This document shows, piece after piece, positions 28,801 through 40,000 of a DNA stretch of 64,000 nt. Source of the stretch: Styela clava (lineage: Eukaryota). The stretch is from the NCBI RefSeq assembly GCF_964204865.1, contig NC_135256.1, forward strand, positions 11,718,001-11,782,000. Reading direction: 5' to 3'. A program made the position numbers and the translations under genes. Positions within the stretch are counted from its first letter, which is position 1, and each line of letters begins with the position of its first letter. The notes beneath the pieces are model-generated. The model searched no databases and was not told where the DNA came from. It saw nothing but the letters and a program-made list of their open reading frames with translations.

Positions 28801-29306
28801 GAAATATACTTGGTGCATTTCATAAGTTGATCATTACACTCCATTCTTGAGAGTTCAAGAAAAACTGAATCCCAGTCAACTTTGCGTTCACTAGCAATAA
28901 TTCGAACTATTGTGCGAAACTTGGACATTTGTTTATTACTGATTGGATCATCAGCAGGTATAATTGACAAGCGGCGATTTGCAAGTTCCTTGGATTCTGG
29001 ATCGAAATAAGGGGTCGGATGAGATGAACTTTGCATTCCGCATAGTTTTCGTATTCTTCTTGCAGTCTGAACATCAGTTGTCACCCAAATTACAGGACAT
29101 CCCCTGCTTACATATCCTTCCAAAAGCTGGATACCACTTGTCGGAATAACAAATTTAATAGGTTCATTTCTTTTATGCTCCAGGACAACTTTGAATTTCA
29201 TTGAATATTTGGTAAATTTTAGATTTGAATTAGATATTGCAGCAGGAAATGATTTCATTGATCCAATTCTTATTGTTCGAAATGGAATTTCAAATTTCGT
29301 CTGCAT
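25851..29306 (-). CDS. G9a/GLP (EHMT1/2)-like H3K9 methyltransferase, single-exon CDS, with SENP6/7-like N-terminal domain
   Basis: EHMT Cys-rich region ([22 protein letters not shown]...HRFH...CPHCG), ankyrin repeats ([24 protein letters not shown]), pre-SET, SET ([27 protein letters not shown], FDYG), post-[11 protein letters not shown]. Confidence 0.95.
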   Translation of the reverse strand: [1151 protein letters not shown]

Positions 29307-30774
29307 GGTTCAAGTATTCTATCTAGAGTAAAAAATAAATAATTCACTATAGTTACTGTTTGACTGTGTAATAAGGTTTGAAATTTTAGTATGACACTAA
29401 TAAATGTACAAAGTTCTTAGCCTACAAATAAAGTGGAAGGATTTAATCATGTAGTCTACTTTATGGCATCCATTTCAACCAGGGTAACGCAATTTCTCGA
29501 TAGCGTGGAATTTAGTTGTTTTGAGGAGGAAATACTAAGCATTACTTTGTATCCGAATAGTTTTACTGCTGTTTTTTACCTTTTTACTGTTATTGTGATA
29601 TATATTTATAGACACTTTATGAACCATTCATATCGAGGAAAAGACAGAGTGAAAGCTGTGTGTGACACTAGCTAACGATCCTTTAAAGATTGAAAAAACA
29701 GCAGTTTTTATGCATAGTAATGAGAAAATAAAAAGATTAAAAATAGGCGTGAGGAATAAATAAGTGTGGAATGTATCCAATAAAGATAAATGCAGCCTGT
29801 TACAATAGGGCACAGTTCTTCAATCCCAAGATGTCCTAACATTTGGTTCAATAAAACAAACGCTCAATTTGACATGACCATAATACTTTCCCGCTGAAGT
29901 TTTTTGCTTAAAACTGAGGTACAAATTTATTCTTTCGATAATTCTGGTTATTTTCTCCAAAGAATACAATGATGACGCTTTCCGATTGCGCTTCCTATAA
30001 GTTAATTGAGCAGCGCCAGTTTGTGCCGATATGGAGGCCCAGATTGTATTGTGAAGGAGGGGTGTGCATTCACTGTTATAATTGATGTCTTTTATTAATG
30101 CGAGAGACATTTTTGAAATCGGAGAATTGCACCGTACTGTGGTATGCGTGTCGGAATAAAGCTTTATATTTAAGAATTTTTCCGAATGTTTATTAAAAAG
30201 TGATAATTGCAGTTATACTGTATGTATAATAACCATTTTTTGAGCAAAAAATAAAAATCTTTACTTCAATGATCGAGAAATAATTCTTAGAATTAGTTAA
30301 TTACCTAGGTCCTAGATGCTTAGTTAAAAATAAAATTGTTCTAAATTTTTTCCTATCATTATAAAGTTTATGCTATTTCAGTATACAACACTTGGCATTG
30401 GCAATTTGCATTTCGTTCCAAATTATTTTTTATGATTTGTTAAAACAAGTCAAATAGCAATATTTATCATAATATACTAGATGTTACCACCCAACATTGT
30501 TTCCATTGACATCATACATTCCATGAATTTAGGATCGTTATTACAGTATTACCCATTTGATTCAGATTGTTAAGATCATACAGACATAAGGTTCTTAAGT
30601 TATTAGATATGACTACTAAATTAAGTTACCATCCAGCCATCTGCAGATCTGACATTAAAAAACAAAATAACTATTACAGTATTAGTGAATGAATATTTCA
30701 CACTATTATTTATAGCGTCAGCGTCAAAACACTGGCACAATATATTTAACATGAAATGTCATACAGCCATATTT

Positions 30775-31677
30775 GGGTCTGGTATAGTTTAGTACCACAT
30801 GCACTTCTAGTTGGCCTGGCTCAACAATTTTTGCATATGCCAATCCTAACCCCCACCTGACTACGTCACCGAAAAATTATGTCATTTCGACGTCACATTG
30901 GCGTAATAAGGCCCACCAAAGTATGCGGATGGTCGTCCAAAACGCGCAGATGATCACCCGAAATCGAGCAAGCTATTTCGGGTCTCATGTAGTTTCGTAC
31001 CTAACATACTTCCAGTGGGCGTAGCATGACAATTTTTCCACGTATCAATCCTAACCCCCACCTGACTACACCATCCAAAAATTACATCATTACGACGTCA
31101 CAGTGACGTAATAGAGCTCTTCAAACTATATGAACTGCCATCCAAGACGCCCAAACGAGCACCCGAAATCGAACAGTTATTTCTCTCGCTTCTCGTCGCA
31201 ATGATTCCAATAGGAATGAGATCGATAACGTCAGTCAGTTCTTTATCGTCGGCGCCAATGCCATTTCGGGCAATCGTACGTATATTTGACAAGCTCTATG
31301 ACGTGATTGTGATGTCGTAGTGACGTAATTTTTGGATGGCGTAGTTAGATGGGGGTTAGGATTGACATATCAAAAAATTGTTATGCTACGCCCACTAGAA
31401 GTACGTTAGGTACGAAACTACACGAGACCCGCTATTTCTCTCGTTTTCCCGTCACGATAGGAGAGAGATCGCCGGCGTTACGAGTTCGTTATCGGCGGCG
31501 CAGATGCCATTTCGGGCGATCGTAATTATACTTTTACAATCCCTATGACGTGTTTGTGACGTCCTATTGACGTAATTTTTGGATGCCATAGTCAGATGGG
31601 GGTTAGGAATAACATATGCAAAATTCGTTTTAATACGCCAACTGGAAGTACTTGTGGTACTAAACTATACTAGACCC
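30775..31677. mobile_element. GGG...CCC-ended MITE (outer copy), superfamily uncertain
   Basis: Long TIRs GGGTCTGGTATAGTTTAGTACCAC ... GTGGTACTAAACTATACTAGACCC; 8-bp TSD CCATATTT. Related fragment at ~12410-12500. Confidence 0.85.
30980..31430. mobile_element. Related MITE nested inside the 30775-31677 element
   Basis: TIR GGGTCTCATGTAGTTTCGTACC ... GGTACGAAACTACACGAGACCC; 8-bp TSD GCTATTTC (30972-30979, 31431-31438). Confidence 0.88.
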
Positions 31678-32579
31678 CCATATTTGCTATCATTCCCCTT
31701 CATTTTCTGTTCTGGAAGCAGTTTTGTGCAATACTTTTATGTTTCTTTCACGATTCCGTGGATTTTATGGCTAGTGTTTTTTCAGTCAGACATAAATAAT
31801 AACTAATTCATTCGAATAAGCTGAAATTATCATTGCATAAAATTATTACACTCTTTTATGATACGAATTATTTACTGGCAAGTCAAGCTTCCTCGGGTTC
31901 AGCACTGCGCGCATATGCAGCAAAGACGCCAATGGACAACGGAGCGGCTCAAAATGCCATCTGGTGGTTAGCGTTTAAAGATTTTCTAACGCAAGCGCGG
32001 TCGCAATTTTGCCATGTTTTAGGTTAGGTATGTATTCTGCCCGTAACACCAAGTGCAGTTTTAAGTATTTCGCGGCATCTGAAGCTGCCGCAAAACCATG
32101 GCGGAATCTCCAAACCTTGGCCACAATGACCAAACCACGGCGGCTAACTTTCAAGCTGCCACAAACAATGGCGTGAGGCGGGGTACCACGGCAGCAAATT
32201 GAAAACCACGGCAGGTGAAATTATACTGCCATGAACCGTAGTTACGCTGCCGTAACCACTGCAAGAGCTGCCGTAACCACGGCAGGAGCTGCCGCGGTTA
32301 CGGCAGGTAGGAATAACCTGTGGTAGCGAAAGATTGCTCGCCATGAACAGTGGAAGATAGTGGGGAACCTTGTGGTTAATTGCGCATTACCACGGCGGGA
32401 TAACGGGGAGCGCGGCGACAAGTTGGTTGCTGCCATCAACTGAAGAAGCGAGATTAGCATTCAGTGTTGTTTGTTGTTTTGTTTGCATTCAAGAGTAATA
32501 AGGAAATGATTTGGCGTTACAAATGAAGTCAGCCTTGGGTGTATATTGCTTTGAAGTACCGTTAGGGTGCAGTTGGAAG

Positions 32580-33303
32580 CAGAGTTGGATCATTTGTAAT
32601 TATTTACAGTTTTTTATGTAATTGTAATGACTGAATGGAGGCATTTTCATTCTGTGTAATCGTAACTGTAATTTGCTAAAATTCTGGCTCAATTACACTT
32701 TCAATTAGACTAAATCTTAGTATTTTGAAAATGGATGAACATCAAACAAACTCTTCCGAAACATGTGTTGAACCACTTCTTGCACCATTGTCAGAGTTTT
32801 TTAAATCTTTGAGCAGCACTGAGGCAGGCTGTAACAACTTAAAAAAAGGCTTCATCAAACACACTTGAAGAGATGTTCTCCCCATCTATATCTATAAATC
32901 TGTAAATAGAGGAAAGGACCAAGAAAATCAGAAAGTGATGTAAATAGCTATTTGGGGGAAGAAATTTTGCGACCAATTAATGTATTGGAAGAAGAAATCA
33001 GAAAAATTTCCCACGCTGAATTACAGCAACATCAGCCCCGTCAGAAAGAGTTTTTTCAATTGCGGATAACTTTTATACAGCATGAAGAAATTTATTGGGT
33101 TCAGAAACTTTTCGCAGCCTAATCTTCATCAAGTGCAATCCAACAGTTCTTGAGCAAGGGAAAATGTAAATACGAACCAAAATGTTATAATTGTAAATGC
33201 AGTTTGATATTTTTTGCACGGAGTAATTGTAATGTAATTGAAACATTTAAGGGAGTAGTTGTATTTGTAATTGAACTGAATTAGTGTAATTGATCCAACT
33301 CTG
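32580..33303 (+). mobile_element. Deleted hAT element nested in the Zisupton 3' region
   Basis: TIR CAGAGTTGGATCA ... TGATCCAACTCTG; degenerate hAT C-terminal dimerisation motif (SERVFSIAD...LIFIKCN, ~33040-33140); TSD imperfect (GTTGGAAG / GTTAGGAAG). Confidence 0.75.
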
Positions 33304-34089
33304 GTTAGGAAGTAATGGCTGGTTGGAAGTAAGGTGCCATTACTTCCTCTGGCAATAAATAATGTTGTATATCATTTGCGCTGTGTCTTTTTTAGTCATA
33401 TTGATTCAAATTAGATCGCAGTACTACCAGAGTAAAATTGTGTCGGTTGGGTTTGATTAAAATTGCATTTACTCTGCTAGGCGATTCATCTACAGTAGGG
33501 GTTCTCAACTTTCTGCGAACCGGTACCACTTGAATTTTTCCTTTACCCCGAAAAAGCCACTCTATGTAAGAAAACGGGAATGGAAGTATTTTATAATGTG
33601 GCACTACATCCATTTTTTCTGGGACAAATTATAACCAGTTGCATTAATTATATGCAGTAACAACATATTATTTTCTCTTCGTTTCTGATTTCCCAATACA
33701 GACAGATAACTTTTAACTTAAAATGAAAACATGCCAGTCTCTCTCGTTTTAGGGGTGTAGGGGCGGGTGAGGGCAATCCGTGAAAACAAGAAATGGATTG
33801 CATGCGATAAAAAAGAGAGGGTAATGCTCTCATAAGGGTTTGTTGTTGCAATAATTTAAAGCTGATTGCGTACCACAGCTCTACAGTTGGCCCCTACAGC
33901 TTCTTGCACACTCACTATCTCCATCGTTGACACTGGAATCCTTTTATGACAAAGCCACTTATCGAATATTTCTATAATATTTACAGGCAGATGAGGAACC
34001 TCAACTAGCGAACTTCAAATTCCAAAAAAGAAGGTATGACATTGTGCATGTTATTAAAGTTTAAAGAAAATTACACAAAAACTTAAGTT

Positions 34090-37000
34090 TTATGTGCAGT
34101 GTTCACAGAAAAACTCTTCGTTACCCGCAAAATCTGCGCAATATTGGTGGCACCACCTTTCGCATCCATCACATTCGACCTACAACAAAATTATTACTTT
34201 ACTTTATCCATCAAAACTGCATCCATAAGGAAAATGTTTGACCTTACCCAAAGTGTGCCACCATCAGGGGCAGTCCTGCCATTACAGCCCACACAAAAGT
34301 GTGCCAGCTCATCAACATCTAAAAGATGAAGGAAAACAAATGTAGGATTGCAAATACCTAACTAATATAGTCATGTATATTCCTCCTCAGATTCTAACCA
34401 ACCGCAAAAATGAGTAAAATTTCTTTGCATACACGATCAATATTGACCTCAATCCGATACTTAATTAACTTCCTTTTCCATTCCATTTTTCAATGTCATC
34501 AAATTAAGCTCTGGGCTCTGAGTTTTATAACCCACTTAGCCATGTTCAAAAGAAAGTTCTAAATATCATCAAAATATAGCTGTGTGCTACCAACATATCC
34601 GTGACCGCATAGATGTTATGGTGCTAGTTGTTACTTGACTTCCAGCACTGCTCTCCACACTTGAATAAAAATGACTTATGCTTAGACCTAGTTAATAAAA
34701 TAATAATGCACCTGTGGCTTCCAACAGAAGGTCTCCAAAATGGATTCTGTAGACTTTACAGATGCCTGTCGAATGATTGAAATCCGTTGTACAACCTGTT
34801 ACGATTGCTTCGGCAGCCTAGAATGTAAAAAAATAAAACAACTCATATTTCTATAGATTTGCACCAATGAGATGATTTAAAAACAAGGTTCCAGTTGAAT
34901 GGTGGTGGTATCAATATAAGGTACTACTAGTAGTAAATGTTTACTCACAAATATAAATGAAAATTTAAAGATCTACCGTAATGAGCCTGTGTGCATCCTT
35001 ATCAGTTTAATAATACCACTATAAAAACAAATTGGACCCGATGTACCTTCACAACCAAAATTCCACAATTAAACCCATCTTCTTGTTCACTATGCTTGTT
35101 TGTTAACAGTCTCCAATCTCTTTTGTCACCTCCATGGTATTTCCAAAATTTCCTGGGAGAAAACGTAAAAAAAAGAACAGCCCTGATTAGTCCCACAACA
35201 CATCCTTAACTTTTTTTTTAAGTGTTCTAAGAACTGCATATTCTTGCTAATATGAGCTTTCATACCTAGCTTGCAATCTCAGTGCAAAAAACTTGTACGA
35301 TCCATACAGTTTTGGTAATCTGTTTTTGATGTTTTAAAATTCAGATAACACTAGTAGAGATTTAAATGCATGACTAAAACATTGATGTTCTATCGTTGAA
35401 CTCAATAAGGGCATGATAATTTAAAATGAATCTGTGAGTGTTTACAAGCTAATAATCATTTAGTCAAGCAGAAAACCACAAACCTCCAATTCTCCATCAG
35501 CGTTTCAGCATAACTCTCTTCATGGCCAACAGGGTCATAAATAGTGACACTCCCTTGAGATGGATCTGTAATCTGAAAACATGAAACTTTGTTCACAAGA
35601 GTAGAAGAATTTCTGGTTTGAAGAGCAATACAATACAGAATATGCCATATTTGTTTTGACGTGATATATTGAAACATTTTGTAATTGCATTTGAGAAGAA
35701 AATTTTCCAAAAGAATTTCATTTAAATTAACAAAGATCTAGCAATTTACCTACCATTAGAGTCCAGTGATTGCCATGGTTCACAGCACTCATAGTTGGTT
35801 TTTCAATAGTCAACTTGGCCTGGATGTAAAATAGGATGGTAACGAAAGCGAATAAACGATGATCAAAAATAATAAACATGTTATTTTACCAAACTTTTGT
35901 ACTTTCGACGATAAATCCCCTCCCAAAACCACATTGTGGAATATAATGCAGACAGAGCGCTATATTGAGTATGACTGGTCCACTAAAAACAAGTTGATTT
36001 AGAAAGTGAGTCACTGATAAGAAATTTCGGACTGAAATATAATTTATGAAGATGTCACAGTTCCACATGGAATACAGAGATGAACAATACTAAAAGACAT
36101 ACCTTATGACAAAGAGCTGCAATTATTCCATCTATTATCTTCAGCAAAGTTGGTAGCATTTGAAATAAAAATAATTATTGAAAAACGTTAAAGTTCAATT
36201 TTATAAACAATCTTACACAAACTAGAAATGATGGTTACATTCTGATGGTAATACTCCTGTATAAATTAGTACTTGTGTACATGCATAACATCTGAGTGAT
36301 TTCCAAACTATGAACATGGCTGTACAGTTCCTTTGTTATGTACACACTGAGTTCTTAACAGCTAAAAATCATTTTATATAAATATTCGTTCAAAATGTTC
36401 CTCGGTATATTACTTCTATTGGCAGGGTTAGCGCTGCTGCTGAATTTCCTTGCAAGACAAAGATTAATTTCTGTTCAATGGTTAACCTAATCTATGGCTA
36501 ATCCCCATGAAATTTGAATTCTTTATTTATCGCGAATGTATAGATTGTTTCTCTCACTAGGCCTCAATGACGGTTAAACACACATAACTCTACAACGGGT
36601 GGAACAAATTCGATGAACACTTTTAAAGGAATTTTCACGTTCTATTTTCTCACTTTATCATCAAGATAGCTGTCACCCTCAAGAAGGCACATACACTCCT
36701 TGTCTAGCCCTTTCTTTGTATCTCCAACTACACACTCAATCCTATTCCTATGAGTTGACTTCCATAATTTCTGTATGTCTGAAGATAATATTATGCATAG
36801 CATTATCAGTAACACGTAATTGCAACGCTATGACTGATAACAAAACTGAATCATTCATGGAATAATAACGCCTCATAAAATCAAAGTATTGTCATATAGA
36901 AGGAGATCAGCTATTGCTCAAAAAACTATCATTCAGACAATTACCAAAATATATCAAATTTTAAAGAAAAATTTAATACAATGAATATTATAAAATTTAC

Positions 37001-40000
37001 CATTAAATTTGGCAGGCAGAAAAAGACATTTTCTTGATTCATCACTATCTGAAAAATGTAAATGAATAATTAGAGATAAGTATCATACCAAGACATCTTA
37101 ACGATAAACCAAGTAACTCCCACCTTTATTCTCGGAGTCATAAATATTACCATCACTGCATGAAGTTGATTTCATTTTTGCTGAACTGCAATGAAAAGTT
37201 TGACCCATAAGTATGAAGATAAAGTAAGAAAGACTGAAAATTGTGGATGACATTTAAATAGAAATATGAACTTCTTTGAAGGCTTCAGCATATTATGAGA
37301 TTGAAGAATGTACCATATAAAGCATCGTTAAATATTCATTTTAATCATTACATCGTTGAAACACATGGTATACTCATCCTCATATACTCATAAGTGCAAA
37401 TACTTACCAAAATGTCTGATCTTCTTGATATTGTGACACTGTTCCAGTAGTCATTCCACTCTGCTTTAATAGGAAGTAGGAATTTGAAAAAAATATGACA
37501 CAATAAATTAACTTTGCGAAGCTTTCTTTGAACACAATTATCTGACCGAAACTCGTTTATTTCGTTATAATAAATAATGCAGAATGAAATTCTTGAATTT
37601 ACAAGTTAATTAAAACAATACAATGAAATATGAGCGCAATAAAGTGGAATAGGGGGGAATGTTTGTTTCACCTATTATAGTTTGTCAGGCCAGACTCCTG
37701 ATGTCAAATAACATGATAAAACTCACTCATAGTGAACATCGTACTATTTCAGTTTTGTGGAAAAATCTCAACCGTGACGCAGGCCGAAAAATTGCCTCAT
37801 GGGCAGCGTTTTGGAGACTCCTGGCATAGATAATTTGATCAATACCATCATGCAAAAAATTCATTATAATACAAAAGCGGTAAGAGCAAGAAAAAAATTA
37901 TCTCACTATATTTTCAGAGTACACATTGTCTTCAGGGTTGGCAACTACCTCATTCATAGCTTCATCATCTTCGTCGATGAGTAATTCTTCCTAAATTTTC
38001 AAACCTCAGGAGATATAATCGATGTAGGTAGGTAGTAGCATGAATTATAAGACACATATAATAGAATTCTGTTTAATTCCTTCCTAAATCTTATATTAGA
38101 AAAAAGCATTCCATAGTATAACTAAGAAATTTCTACAATTCATTTACAGGTTTGTACATTTACGATAACTCGAAAGAATGGGATAACATAAAGCCATTAA
38201 CATTTTAAAGATATCTTTTATATTTGATTAATGATATTGTCGGAAACCGCAAAAGCAGACCTTTATAAATTGTAAATGTCTTATTCTACTTTTATTTTAC
38301 AATACTATGCATTCACATGAAAACAAATTTAATAATACATGCATACCTCTGTGACCGATCCACTGGTTCCATCCAAAACGTTACCTAAAATGAGGTGTGT
38401 AGTGAGAAAATATATCCACATTACTCAATAACATGAAAATCATGTACCTTTAACATCTGGTATAGCAATTCCTTCATGATTCCTCCGAATTTTATTTCCA
38501 AATTGAGTCTTCATTTTTTTTTCATATCTTGAGTTTATGTCTTTATTACGCAGGTTAATGCTAACTCGCGAAAGCCAAAGGAAATTGGTAGTGTCCATAG
38601 AGCAAACTGAAGATCTACAAGTAAGGTTGTAAAGCATTTTACCAAACATATTCGCACAGCATGAACTCTTAAAACATGTCAATATTCAAGCGATTCATCT
38701 CAGTAAAATATCAATTTCCAACTATCTTGAGTTTTTTTATACGTGTCATAGCATCAAATTAATTTTCTGCCTATTAACATTAAATGGTCATGCTTTATTG
38801 CCTCAAAATAATCGACAATGTACATCACAACATGAGTTAAATAGTAATATGATCCATCTACCATTAACAATATTTTTTCAATAAGCAAACTATCAATACA
38901 TCCTCGATTGAAGCATTTGTGTAATAATGGCCAATCACTGAATAGTATGAAAAATGTCAAATACGACATGCCACAATTGGTATCTGAACTGGAGAAATTT
39001 CCCATCTAGCAAACAAACAAACCCTCTGGACAAAAAATTGGTTTGTTGAAAGATATTCCTCGAAAACCTCAGTCATCAGTTTTCTAAATATTGTGCATTG
39101 ATTTAGGTCACATATACAACAGTGTTTCGGAAGCTCTTGTACTGTCATTTCGAGGCCACCATACCCTGGTTCACTTCACAATATAAATATATTAAAAAAA
39201 AGAGGGGTGGTTGAATAAGATGGAAGCTTGCCTATCTTTTGCCATGTGAGCATTTTCCTGCTCTGCCACACTGGTATTTATGTTCAAATCAGAGCAGTAC
39301 TTCAAGTTGCGAAAAGAATTTTCTGCGGTCTTTTTCTTCGATCTTGTATGGAACCTATCACAGAGGCTGTATTTTTTATGAGCATCCAGTTTAACCTGTG
39401 GTAGAGAGCCATGTTTTTCCAATTCAAGATTTTTGTCAGTATATGCAAACAGCATTCCTTTATCAGGCCCAAAAATACCCCTTTTTCTAGCCTCGCCATG
39501 ATGGGCTACCTGAAAACAGATAATAGTGTTTGAAGAGTATTCTGACCAAAGTTGGAGGAATGAACAAAACATATTAGTGAAATGATCTCTTTCAACGAAA
39601 CAGTAAGTATATTTGTGAGCTTTCGTTAGATCATGGTCTAACTTCTTCAAACAATACAAGAGATAACTTAATCGAATAGCGCATATTCGGAGTACCACAT
39701 ACGGATCCGAAGTAGAAAGTAAACAAGGAGAAAGGACCTGCAGTTCAATACACAGTATCAAAGTTCCCTTAATATTAATATAAATTACACATTATTTGTG
39801 AATACTTTTGTATATCAAATATACAATATTTAAAATTATGTATATCCACAGTGACTTAAACTAAAAAGAACTCACTTGGGAAGCAATGTCAGATATTATA
39901 GCATGAGGTTGTCTCTTCAGGGACAATATTCCGTCAATATAATCTCTAGCACTTTCCTGTCTTAGAAGATATTTCATATAATAGCATATCCCATGTGGGC

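Noticed and set aside
26006-29149. Short ORFs overlapping the EHMT-like CDS
   Set aside because: Shadow frames of a real coding sequence.
32144-32460. Ala/Gly/Ser-rich ORFs here and at 47131-47436
   Set aside because: They are translations of Zisupton subterminal repeats.
38754-39148. Cys-containing ORF fragments within a transposase intron
   Set aside because: No recognisable motif or splice-consistent placement.
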